64,000 bases of DNA from Mobula hypostoma. Lineage: Eukaryota. Shown here piece by piece: positions 51,563 to 63,948 of this stretch. Position 1 is the stretch's first letter. Every line of letters starts with the position of its first letter. The notes beneath the pieces were generated by a model that saw only the letters and a program-made list of their open reading frames with translations, did not search any database and was not told the DNA's origin. Both the position numbers and the translations under genes were made by a program. Where the stretch lies: contig NC_086105.1 in assembly GCF_963921235.1 (NCBI RefSeq), forward strand, positions 55,862,001 to 55,926,000, given 5' to 3'.

Positions 51563-54549
51563 ACCTCTCATCCTCCGTTGCTCCAAGAAGAAAAGGACGA
51601 GTTCCCTCAACCTATTCTCATAAGGCATGCTCCCCAATCCAGGCAACATCCTTGTAAATCTCCTCTGCACCCTTTCTATGGTTTTCATGTTCTTCCTGTA
51701 GTGAGGCGACCAGAACTGAGCACAGTACTCCAAGTGGGGTCTGACCAGTGTCCTATATAGTTGCAACATTACCTCTCGGCTCCTAAACTCAATCCCACGA
51801 TTGATGAAGACCAATGCACCGTATGCCTTCTTAACCATAGAGTCAACCTGCGTAGCAGCTTTGAATGTCCTATGGACTCGAACCCCAAGATCCCTCTGAT
51901 CCTCTACACTGCCAAGAGTCTTACCATTAATGCTATATTCTGCCATTATATTTGACCTACCAAAATGAACCAGCTCGCACTTATCTGGGTTGAACTCCAT
52001 CTGCCACTTCTCAGCCCCGTTTTACATCCTATCAATGTCCCGTTGTAATCTCGGACAGCCCTCCACACTATCCACAACACCTCCAACCTTTGTGTCATCA
52101 GCAAATTTACTAACCCATCCCTCCACTTCCTCATCCAGGTCATTTATAAAAATCATAAAGAGTAGGGGTCCCAGAACAGATCCCTGAGGCACACCACTGG
52201 TCACAGGCCTGCATGCAGAATATGACCCATCTACAACCACTCTTTGCCTTCCGTGGGCAAGCCAGTTCTGGATCCATAAAGCAACGTCCCCTTAGATCCC
52301 ATGCCTCCTTATTTTCTCAATAAGCCTTGCATGGGATACCTTATAAAATGGCTTGCTAAAATTCATATACACTACATCTACTGCTCTACCTTCCTTGATG
52401 TGTTTAGTCACATCTTCAAAAAATTCAATCAGACTCGTAAGGCACGACCTGCCTTTGACAAAGCTATGTTGACTATTCCTAATCATATTATGCCTCTCTA
52501 AATGTTCATAAATCCTGCCTCTCAGGATCTTCTCCATCAGCCTACCAACCACTGAAGTAAGACTCACTGGCCTATAACTTTCTGGGCTATCCCTACTCCC
52601 TTTCTTGAATAAGGGAACAACATCCGCAACCCTCCAATCCTCCAGAACCTCTCCCATCCTCATTGATGATGCGAGGATCATTGCCAGAGGCTCAGCAATC
52701 TCCTCCCTTGCCTCCCACAGTAGCCTTGGGTATATCCCGTCCGGTCCCGATGACTTATCCAACTTGATGCTTTCCAAGAGCTCCAGCACATCCTCTTTCT
52801 TAATATCTACATTCTCAAGCTTTTCAGTCCACTATAAGTCATCCCTACAATCGCCAAGATCCTTTTCTGTAGTGAATACTAAAGCAAAGTATTTATTAAG
52901 TACCTCAGCTATCTCCTCCGGTTCCATACACACTTTTCCATTGTCACACTTGATTGGTCCTATTCTCTCATGCCTTATCCTCTTGCTCTTCACATACTTG
53001 TAGAGTGCTTTGAGGTTTTCCTTAATCCTGTCCACCAAGGCCTTCTCATGGCCTCTTCTGGCTCTCCTAATTTCATTCTTAAGGTCCTTCCTGCTAGCCT
53101 TATAATCTTCTAGATTCTTATCATTACCTAGTTTTTGAACCTTTTGTAAGCTTTTCTTTTCTTCTTGACTAGATTTACAACAGCCTTTGTGCACCACGGA
53201 TCTTGTACCCTACCATTCTTTGCATGTCTTATTGGCACGTACCTACTCAGAACCCCACACAAACATCCCCTGAACATTTGCCACATTTCTTCCATACGTT
53301 TCCCTGAGAACATCTGTTTCCGATATATACTTCAAAGTTCCTGCCTGATAGCCTCATATTTCCCCTTACTCCAATTAAACATTTCTCTAAGTTGTTTGTT
53401 CCTATCCCTCTTCAATGCTATGGTAAAGAAGATTGAATCGTGATCATTATCTCCAAAATGCTCTTCCACCGAGAGACCTGACACCTGACCAGGTTCATTT
53501 CCCAATACCAGATCAAGTACAGCCTCTCCTCTTGAAGGCTTATCTACATATTGTGTCAAGAAACCTTCCTGAACACACCTAACAAACTTTACCCCATCTA
53601 AGCCCCTCACTCTAGGGAGATGCCAATCAGTATTTTGGAAATTAAAATCTCCCACAATAATCCTGTTATTATTACTCCTTTCCAGAATCTGTCTCCCTAT
53701 CTGCTGCTCGATGTCCCTGTTATTATTGGGTGGTCTATAAAACACACCCAGTAGAGTTAATGACCCCTTCCTGTTCCTAACTTCCACCCACAGAGACTCT
53801 GTAGACAACCCCTCCATGACTTCCTCCTTTTCTGCAGCTGTGACACTATCTCTGATCAACAGTGCCACGCCTCCCTCCCTATCCTTTCTGAAACATCTAA
53901 AGCCTGGCACTTGAGTAGCCATTCCTGCCCCTGCACCATCCAAGTCTCTGTAATGGCCACAACATCATAGCTCCAAGTGCTGATCCATGCTCTAAGTTCA
54001 TCCGCTTTATTGTTGATACGCCTTGCATTAAAATAGACACATCTCAAACCATTGGACTGAGCGCGTCCCTTCTCTATCACCTGCCTATCCTCCCTTTCCC
54101 ACTGTCTCCAAGCTTTCTTGTGAGCCAACCTCCCCTTCCTCCGTCACTTCAGTTCAGTTCCCACACTCCCCACCCCCCAGCAATTCTCGTTTAAACTCTT
54201 CCCAATAGCCTTAGCAAATCTTCCTGCCAGGATATTGGTCCCCCTCAGATTCAAGTGCAACCCATCCTTTTTATACAGGTCACACCTGCCCCAGAAGAGG
54301 TCCCAATTCCCTGCCTCCTGCTCCAATCCCTCAGCCATGCATTTATCCTCCACCTCATTCTATTCCTATAGTCACTGTCACGTGGCACAGGTACAGCTTT
54401 GCAATTTTCTGTTTTTGGGCTCTGTGAAAAAAAGGTGCATGTGATTCACAAATAAAAATTCTCAGTTAATTTGATCAACATCCCTGGTTGTAATACTCAT
54501 TTATGTGAACAAATTATTGGGATTGAATACTTTTTCAAGGCACTGTATA

Positions 54550-54900
54550 CAGTGCATTCATGTTAACTGGGCCATTGGTTCAACATGGCAGCCTTTGGGA
54601 TAACTCTTAAAGAACATAAACTAATCAAGAAAATAGCTGGGATTCCCTTCACTTAATTGGGACAGAAATCTATTGCTGAACAGTTTCTAACTAGCATAAT
54701 TCAGATGCACTTGTGTGGCCATTAGACACTACATTGTGCTTAAAGTGAACAGTTTTTATACAGTGGCAGTTGCACGTGCTTTCAAAAAGCAATGATTTTT
54801 GTCACTGATAGTTTCAAGCATTCAGGCTTTTTAAATAGCATCAATTGCATGTACTTGTGTTATGTTATCAATTTGGGCTGATGGATGCTGATGCAAAAGG
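54550..54900 (+). mobile_element. Tigger/pogo-like DNA transposon left end
   Basis: Begins TA-CAGTG...GTTAACTGGG with subterminal TTAATTGGGACA motif. Confidence 0.5.
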
Positions 54901-54934
54901 CAGAGGTTTTTCATAATTTTTAAAAAATATTTTA

Positions 54935-57238
54935 CCCGCTAATGAAAACAATTCAATTATATTCTGAGGTATTTGGTTATAAAATCAACTGCAATAAATC
55001 TGAGGCTATGCCGATGTCAAAATTGTGTTATTCAAATTCAGTATCTCAGATTAATTTCAGATGGGTGCCAGTTGGAATGAAGTATCTAGGGGTCAAACTC
55101 AGTCAGAATTTGGATGAAATAATTACTTTAAATTATGATCCATTATTGAGTAGGATAAGAAATAATCTGGATAATCTGGCACTGAGATTGTCACTCTGGG
55201 GTAAAGTCAATGTAGTTAAAATGGTCGTAGCACCTCAGTTTAACTATCTTTCTATGATGCTTTCTTTAACTATTTCAGATTTGATTTACAAGACACTCAT
55301 TTTAATCCCATTCCCATTCTGATATGTCTATCCACGGCCTCCTCTACTGTAAAGATGAAGCCACACTCAGGTTGGAGGAACAACACCTTATATTCCGTCT
55401 GGGTAGCCTCCAACCTGATAGCATGAACATTGACTTCTCAAACTTCCGCTAATGCCCCACCTCCCCCTCGTACCCCATCCGCTATTTATTTATTTATATA
55501 CACATATTCTTTTTTTCTCTCTCTCCTTTTTCTCCCTCTGTCCCCCTCACTATACCCCTTGCCATCCTCTGTTTTTTCCTCCCTCCCCCTTTTCTTTCTC
55601 CCTAGGCCTCCTGTCCTATGATCCTCTCATATCCCTTTTGCGAATCACCTGTCCAGCTCTTGGCTCCATCCCTCCCGCTCCTGTCTTCTCCTATCATTTT
55701 GGATCTCCCCCTCCCCCTCCCACTTTCAAATTTCTTACTAGCTCTTCTTTCAGTTAGTCCTGACGGCCCGAAACGTCGACTGTACCTCTTCCTAGAGATG
55801 CTGCCTGGCCTGCTGCATTCACCAGCAACTTTTATGTGTGTTGCAACAAAATTATCAGTGATTTTCTATGGGATAAGAAGAAGCCCAGAAATAAAATAAG
55901 TAAGATGTGTATGTCCAGGGACATGGGTGGGCTCAGTCTACCAGACTTCGGGGCATATATATTATCCTTTGAAATGACCAAATTAGCTAAACATTGGGCT
56001 GATGTTGATTTAGATTGGCTAATTATAGAACGGAGCCTGGCTGCACCACATTCTCCCCTTAACATCCTCTCACAACATGTGGAAAACAAGACTAATCTAA
56101 ATCCTATACTATTTCACTCAAGGAGTGTGTGGAGTACAATTCATAAAGCTTGTAGAATGTCATATATAAATCAGTTATACTCCTCGCTCTGGAATAACCC
56201 TGAGATATGCATTGGGAAAAGAATGGTGCACTGGAAAGAATGGAAGATTAAATGTGTAAATACAGTAGGTGATCTGTATGAGAATGGGATTTTTATGTCA
56301 TATATGGATTTGCGGAGGAAATATAACTTTGTAGATAAAGGGAGTTTTTGGAAGTATTTACAAATAAGACATTGCGTTAGTGGCATATTCAAGAACGGTG
56401 ACCCACAAAGAAACCCTTTAACTGAATTCTTTACATTACCACAGGAAGTTCATAAAGCATCAGTGTTTTATAAAATGTTCAAGCACTCTGTGGGCAAATC
56501 ATGTAACAATCTCAAAGCAGTACGGCAGAAGGATCTTGGAAGTGACACGTATTGAAGATAATGAGTGGTCAAATATTTTATCAAATGTGGGTAGACATAT
56601 TAGGGAAGTGAGAGTGAAATTTATTCAGTATAAGATAGTACACAGATATTACTGGACTACCAACTAGACTCTACAAAATGGGGATTGTTGATAATAATTT
56701 CTGCTGGAAATGTAAAAATGAGGTGGGCACATATTTTCACATGATTTGGGAGTGTTTCATGGTTCATCTGTTTTGCTGTAAAGTTCTTGATTTGTTGGGG
56801 AATTGGTCGGGTTCCACACTACCCTTGTGCCCACGGCTTTGCCTCTTGGGTGATAGGACAATGATACCTAATGTAAACAATGACAAATTTACTATTTTAA
56901 AGGTGGGTCTCATCACAGCTGCAAGAATTATATTGCAAAACTGGAAAAAGTGTCCCACTGTGAAGGAATGGGCTGAGGAAATGATTAAGATTTCATCATA
57001 TGAACATATGTTGGGAAGAATTAACAGTGAGGGAAAAGTGCAAGATGTGTGGGACCAGTTGTGGTTGTACGTTAATTTAAACTTAAATTAGAACTTATTT
57101 CTGTTTCTAAGTTTTATTTGTTTTCCTGTCATGGGATGGCTGTGTAAATATGCTTTACTGTATCTACTCTGTGATATGCTGTGCTGCTTTGTAAAATAAG
57201 AATAAATAATAATAAAAATTTGAATTACAAAAATAAAT
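54935..57238 (+). mobile_element. L1-clade LINE, 5'-truncated ORF2
   Basis: GYKINCNKSE, KYLGV, LSLWGKVNVVKM, DMGGLSLPDF, CWKC...HMIWEC zinc knuckle; AATAAA and A-rich tail; one frameshift near 56550 and a Penelope insert. Confidence 0.9.
55298..55844 (+). mobile_element. Penelope-like 3' end inserted into L1
   Basis: RLEEQHLIFRLGSLQPDSMNIDFSNFR* then pLTR; hammerhead with stem II deletion (CCTGACGGCCCGAAACGTCGAC). Confidence 0.88.
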
Positions 57239-59984
57239 ATTTTGACTTTATACAGGAAGGCATTGAAGGCAGTCCATTATCTGCATTAGGTGTCTCTGTA
57301 CTGATTTTGTTCAGTCAATCAAAAGAACAAGGGAGTGTCCAATGGATGAATTCCTCCATCGATAACTATCAGGACATAATACACAGTTTTATAATACTGT
57401 ATCAGTATTGATACCATTATAATTTGTTATTTATTTTATTTAAATGCTTAATTTAAATAGTAGTTACCTATTTAAATGATAGTTTGTTTTTATTTATGCC
57501 TACATTCTATTTCATTTATGGGCTACTGCACAGGATCGAAGTTAGTTGCAGAAAGTTGTATAATTAATCATCTGCATCATGGGGTATTATCCTCCATGGT
57601 ATCCAAGACGGCTTCAAGGAATGGTGACTCAGGAAGGCGGCGTACATCATTAAGGACCTCCAGCACCCAGAACAAGCCCTCTTCTCATTGTTACCACCAG
57701 GAAGGAAGTACAAGAGCAAGCAACAGTTCTTCTCCTCTGCTATCTGATTTCTAAATGGACATTGAACCCATAATCACTACCTCACTTTTTTTTTTAAACC
57801 TATTTTAATTTAATTTAATATACATATATAATTACAGTCATTCAGTTTTTTTCTATATTTATTTTGTACTGCATTGTACTGCTGCTGCAAAGTGAACAAA
57901 TTTCACGACATATGGTGGGGATGAAATTACAGGGAATGGAGTATTGCAACGTGTGCAGGACCAGGGGTTACAATCCAAGTACAAAGGTAAGCCAAAAACA
58001 CAAGAGAGTGCAGATGATGGAATCTCTGGAGAAACATCTTCTCCCAGTGAACCAGTGGAAACCTTTGCAATGAAAAGTAGTGAAAGAAAATTAAAAGAGT
58101 CACACACAACAGAAAAAAAAATTATAATGACAAAGAATACGGAAAGAAGATGCCAAACAAAAATGACAAAGCGTAGCCACAAAATTAAATGATCACAGAA
58201 TATAAAACAGAAACTAATAACATATGGTAGAGACATACAAATCAAAAGAATGATAGTTTGATGATAGTAAAAAATGGAATATACTTTATTAAACTGCATA
58301 TTGGGAGAAATATGAAGAAATGTTCAAAACCTTATTGATTGGCCCACTGCCTTCCTCAGGCTGTACATATCTGGTGTGGGCATGGTCTTGCTGGCTTGAA
58401 TTGTCCAGGATTACGCAAGTGTGCCCTGTGTGACGGCAGACTACTGGTTAGAATTGTTGTGTAATTTCAGCAAACCAGAGTTCCACTGTTATGAACGAGC
58501 TGTAGTAAGTTTGGTACTTCAATGTTTGACAATATATTCAGAGGTTCACTGCTCATTTCAATTTAGAAGCAACTTAGTTTTCTTGGTATGTGACAAGAAG
58601 ACCATAACGGTGGATCTAAGATTAATTGAAATCAAAAAGATATGGATGCTATCCATGCATTTTAGAATTAGGCAAGACACTGCACAGAAGGTATTACATA
58701 ACCTTAGAGGAATGGCAAGCAACTTGAATGCCATTTTTAAAAGGGTCTTGAATAAGAAAATTTTCCTAACATCTAGGGCAGAAAAAAAATGCAGTCTTCA
58801 CTTAAATGCAAAAACTTTCAAGAAAATAGCACAATTTCAGATTTCAGAGGGGCAGATCACACTCAATAAATGTACAGATAACATTCTGTACAATATTTTA
58901 TTTTAAAAAGCCATTGATAGAGAGAACACATTTGACACATGATGAAGGTCAGAATACATGGAAAGGATAGGAAAAAGACTTGATAAAACAGAAAAGGGGA
59001 TTAGGGATTAGAGGTTGTTAAACTAGCTGAAGATGCAAAGTGATCTTCCACATGCATTAGTGTTGTCCCACCACTGTTCATTAACAACAAAGTTTAAACT
59101 TGTGAAACAGAAAACACCATGTCAAAATTTGTGGACTATTTCAAACAGAGGTGTTGGGTGGTTTAGAGTACAAGAGTTCTGCACCAAAACAGAAAGATAT
59201 TGATAAACCTGATTAAACCTTGACTTTTTATTCCTTTCCATAGATGCTTCTGAATTCCTCCAGCATTTTGTGTGGTTACTCTGGATATCCAACATCTGCA
59301 AGATCTGTTGTGTTTATGATAAACTTGCAGAATGCCTTTGTGAACTTCACAAAGCTAAGTGAGAGGTGGTACATTTAGGCAGGAAGAAACAGAAAATTAC
59401 TTTTAAATGTTTAAACGATCGATAAGCATAGGGTGGGGTGTGGGCTGGTTACTGGTTCAGAAATCATTTGAAACAGTAAAGCACAAAGACTATGAAATGA
59501 AGGCACTGATGCTTGTTACTAGTGGGATACAACTGAAATTATATCGGAACAGATCTGAGTTTCATTTTTATGGAAAAATGACTGGAGAAGATGCAATTCA
59601 CATCTTTTAAGAGACTTTTGGATAGGTACATGGAGCTTAGAAAAATAGAGGGCTATTGGTAAGCCTACTAATTTCTAAGGTAGGGACATGTTTGGCACAA
59701 CTTTGTGGGCTGAAGGGCCTGTATTGTGCTGTAGGGTTTCTATGATGCCACCGCATCAAAACTAAACCTAAAAAAAATGGAACATATTGAAGGTGTCACC
59801 TCTACAAAAAAAGGAAAAGAGGCAATCTGATGTTACAATTGAGTTTGATAGAGGTAAATTTAGGGATCTATTTTAATTTTCAGGAGAGATCAGAACTAAA
59901 GAACAAGAATATAATTGATCTAAACAATGCTTAGAATGTAGAAATTGCTGCCTTAAAATGTATATGAATGGAGAAGGAAAAAAA

Positions 59985-60900
59985 ACAAAAAAGTAAACTA
60001 TTGTAAGAACTCAGCAGGACGAGCAGCATCTCAGGAGGCAAAGTGATGATTAATATTTTGGATCAGGCCCTACGTCAGAAGGGACAAAGCAGCCAGTATA
60101 TAGAAGTGAGAAAGAGGGGTGAGACATGAAATAAGAATAAGTAGGCAAATGGAGCTAAGTGAGGGAAGGATTGGGGTTAGGTAATAGGTAGGTAAAAGAA
60201 GGCAAATGGAACCAGGTGGTGGAGAGTGATGACTCCAGGCCAGGAGTTTCCAAGCTTTTTTATGCCATGGACCAATACCATTAAGCATGGGTCCGTGGGC
60301 CCCAGGCTGGAGACCCCTGCTCTAGGATGTGCTAAATTACATGTGGAGTGGGGAATGTAGGGAGTGAACAAAGGGAGAAAGCTATATGGATTGGTGTGAG
60401 TAAGCAAGGAACATAGGTGAATGGATTACTTGAAATCTGAAAATTTAATTTTCAAAACATTGGGTTGTAGGCTAGCCAAATGGTATAATATGTGTTGTTC
60501 ATCTGGTTTGTGTTTGGCCTCACAGTGGTAGTGGAAAAAGCCAAGGACAGACAGATTGGTACGGGAATGGGAAAGAAAGCTGAAATGACATGCAACCAGA
60601 GGCCATGTGTGGGAAAGACATGGCTGGTAGTGGGGTCCCAATGGAGCTGGCAGAGGTGGTGAAATATGATATGCTGGATGTGGAGGCAGATGGGATGAAA
60701 GGGTGAGAACCAAGGAAACTCTCTGCATCTCTGTTCAGAGTCAGCATAGGAGAGTACAAGAACATTTGTGTGGTACTGGAAGAAACGTATGTGAAAGTCT
60801 TGTCAACTACGGCAGAGGGAAAGCTATATTTTCCTGTGAAGGAGCATTGATCTCATGGGTCAGATGGCAGCTGCTGTCAATATTATGTATATCCAAGATA
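59985..60900 (-). mobile_element. Old Penelope-like 3' fragment
   Basis: EQHILYHLASLQPNVLKIKFSDFK* C-terminus and degenerate pLTR. Confidence 0.7.
60241..60319. mobile_element. 79-bp hAT-Charlie MITE
   Basis: Ends CAGGAGTTTCCAAGCT / AGGCTGGAGACCCCTG; flanks CTCCAGGC / CTCTAGGA (6/8). Confidence 0.65.
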
Positions 60901-62221
60901 CTTGGGTATAGCCAGATCATGAAGATTGATGTCAGGCTTCTTCAATCTTTTCTACTCTAAATGAGGGACAAAAGAGGCACTTAATACTGTATGTGGGTAA
61001 AAGATGATGAGAGAATTACTGTCCAATTCCTTATCCAAATTCTGACCAGCCACAGCAATCTGGACATTGTCCACGACTCATCCATAAACAGCAGGCAGTT
61101 CAGTAAAACAGGAAACAAAAGGCTCAAAACACACCAGTTTAGGATTTTACCCACAAGTGCACAATGTTTTTCAAGTACTCAAGCGTCTTGCATATAAATA
61201 TGATAAATGCATTCACACACTCAACAAAGACATCTTCTATTCATTTTTAATTCATGAATTAGATAAAGCATCTGGGAACTTGCTACATCAGCTGATTTAT
61301 TGGGCACACATACTTGGGCTCATCTGGAGTAAAATTAAAATCATCCGGTTCAGAACACCAGGTGAAGATGAGAACAGAAGCTTTAAAAAGTCAGTGGAAT
61401 TTAGGGTAGGTGTTGAAAGCAGTTGAGGAGATCAAGTTCAGAGCCCATCTGCTGTGAGGATAAAGGTGTGAGCTGGACCTTGAAGACAAATACATAGTTA
61501 AGTTCAAGAATATCAAATAGTAAATTTTGTATCTTATTGGTCCTTGCTAAATACATAATAAATAAAAATTATGAAAAGATAGATGTCATTAGTCACAGTT
61601 GCATAAGAAAATGTATTACTTAAAATGACCAATAGATAAAATGATGGAAGGTCATTTACCAGTTCCCTATTTATTTATTATCAAAAATACTCATTGATCT
61701 TCCAATTCAATGTTCTTGGGAACCTGCATGGTGCACTGTTTAACAATGACAGAATCATTATGTTAAGTAGCTTGTGATTTTGTGCTTCTGAGATGTTAAA
61801 ATGCACAACAAATCATAGTAGGAATCTCGTGAAGTTGAAATTACTAATATAATTAATTAGTATACATATTTATCTTCAGATAAAATGGCTGTTGTAGGTA
61901 AAGTAACAACAAACATTTTGTTTTGAAAAATTAAGCCCTTGAAATTAATATAGGAAAAAACAGTAAATAAAAAATATGCAGCTAAGAGCTGGAATTTTAG
62001 AGGCAACCTATTATGAGGGCGTGCAAGGTCAATACACAGTTAATCAACACCACAGTTGAGACTATAAGACTCAATTGCTCTCAGACAGAGATTAGAATTT
62101 AATGACCGATGGAGATCAAATACATATACATTCCAGAACAAGACAGAATAAACTTTCTTTTGCAATTCTAGTTAAAATTAAAGGTCCAAAGCTTTACAGA
62201 TAGATAGAGAGGGAGAGAGAT

Positions 62222-62230
<9 letters not shown>

Positions 62231-62260
<30 letters not shown>
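62231..62260. repeat. (GT)15 microsatellite
   Basis: Direct reading. Confidence 0.98.
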
Positions 62261-62262
<2 letters not shown>

Positions 62263-62279
62263 TATATATGTATGCATAT

Positions 62280-63042
62280 TGTGACGGGGTCCTGAATTAC
62301 CCCTATGAACTGTGCTTTTGAAAAAAGTGAGAGCGAGATTTAACACTGACATCTTGTTTTTAAGAGAGGGAGAGAGGCGAAGTCTGCTCACAGCATGTTT
62401 ACATTTCTACAAGGACGCTGCCTGCTTGGAAATTCTTTCAGACAAGAGAAGGGAGGACCTGTTTGAGTGAAAGTTGGTATTCAGCACGGTGAGATAAATA
62501 GAAGGTCAGATGATAACCGGATAGACACATGGTTTTGGACACTGAATGAGCTTCGTTGTGCCCACAGGATCGATCAGTGGCTCACGCAGTGTGAAAAGGG
62601 AGTGACCGGTGGGGAGTTGTTTGTGTGTCCAATCCTTGCCTGGGTTGATAATTCCACTACAGAATGGTCCCCTTTGTTGTAGTCACAGTCGGTGACTTCG
62701 AAAGGAATTCGGAGGACAACGGGAAGATCGATGGCGTCAGCTCACCTGAAGACTCAAATCTCTCCCTTTCTCCCTCTCCGTCACTACTCAACTCAATACC
62801 ATGAACTGAACTGAACTTTACTCATCATCGTAAGACTATTTACCCCTAGACTTGAAGAAGCTTGATTTTCATATATTTCCACACTTATATATACATATTC
62901 ATTGCTAACCTGTTTTATATATCTGCATTTATATTACTGTATTGCGTAGTTACTAATAAATACCATTAGTTACTAGCAATACTGGACTCCAAAGTGGTTT
63001 CCATTTCTGCTGGTTCTTTAACCTGTCAAGGGGTATGTGACA
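62280..63042 (+). mobile_element. Solo LTR, probably Gypsy-type (763 bp)
   Basis: TGTGAC...GTGACA termini; ATAT TSD (62276-62279, 63043-63046); AATAAA at 62955-62960; no internal domain. Confidence 0.85.
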
Positions 63043-63070
63043 ATATATATACACACACATATATCTATCT

Positions 63071-63143
63071 GCAAAGAAAGGAAAAACATTCTATAACCTT
63101 GAGATTTGGAATTCACCATGTGGATTTTTAATAAAAATTTATA
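63071..63143 (-). terminator. ZCRB1: Candidate ZCRB1 polyadenylation region
   Basis: Minus-strand TATAAA then ATTAAA (63132-63127) followed by U-rich TGTTTTTCCTTTCTTTG, ~680 nt after the stop. Confidence 0.4.
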
Positions 63144-63807
63144 ATAAGCTCAGACATTAGAGTTAATAATAACAACTACACACCAGAGTTGAACTATTCA
63201 CATAATTTATATCAGAAGTATATTTGAAGATGCTTTTAACCATCCCATTTGTATATCGACAATGAAACAAACAAAATCTTTGGCTAATATACCATCTTCG
63301 AGCAAAAATATTTTTCTGCAGTTTTTAAAAAAAAGTCTAAGCAACTGCCATTTTGAACGTTGAATTCATTCCAGCTTTTAGTCTGAAGTCAGAATAGTGC
63401 ATCTGAACCAACTGTATTTCATTCACACAGGAAGAATTTGGTCAAGTGTTTTCTTTGAGGGAATACACGACGATTTTGAATTAGACAGCAACAAAGGTTT
63501 CCATGATTGTGATCTTCACAATAAGATTGAACTCATGAAAGTGGAATATTAAAGTTTGGGTACCATATGCAAAAATGTGCTGGGAAGTGCTGCAATAAGG
63601 AAGCTGTTGGTAAACTTCATAATAATCCTTCCACTATAAATGTCCGAAGCATTAAAACGAAAAATAAAATCACATATTCCAAAAGGTATTAAAATAGTCA
63701 GTCCATCTGTAATGGTTGCGAGCATCTATGAAACCTTGAATTCCAGTTTAATTAACCTGGACCATTTAAATGTCCTTTCTCTATTTAAATACATGTTGAA
63801 AAACAAT

Positions 63808-63948
63808 CTAGTCACTCAGCTCCTCTTCATCGCTGAAGTATGCACTTTTTTTAATCCGTGGGCGCTTCGACAGTTCAGATGTTGAACATTCATTTGCATC
63901 ATCAGCTGTCTGTTTACGTCTAAGTTCTTCTTCCTCAATCTTTGCTTG
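63808..63948 (-). CDS. ZCRB1: Zinc finger CCHC-type and RNA-binding motif protein 1 (U11/U12-31K), last coding exon
   Basis: Acceptor ttctcaacag| then [12 protein letters not shown]...[25 protein letters not shown], matching the vertebrate ZCRB1 C-terminus (QAKIEEE...[17 protein letters not shown]). Confidence 0.93.
   Translation of the reverse strand, partial: QAKIEEEELRRKQTADDANECSTSELSKRPRIKKSAYFSDEEELSD

Larger units (their letters stand above)
50735..54392 (-). mobile_element. CR1 LINE with nearly complete but frameshifted ORF2 and ORF1 end
   Basis: ORF pieces [86 protein letters not shown]; TTTTCTATGTTTCTAT tail. Confidence 0.93.
49295..54547 (+). mobile_element. Tc1 transposon 3' half with IR/DR right end, split by Penelope and CR1 insertions
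   Basis: KLVRIDGKMNAAQYKETL (49.3 kb); DNGPK...[13 protein letters not shown] (50.4 kb); inner DR GGGATGAATACTTTT (~50680); outer end TGAATACTTTTTCAAGGCACTG-TA (54547). Confidence 0.85.

Noticed and set aside
50735-57238. Active autonomous CR1 or L1
   Set aside because: Both are 5'-truncated, frameshifted and interrupted.
58421-58906. 161-aa ORF in non-repetitive DNA
   Set aside because: GTG start, no recognisable domain, no splice context.
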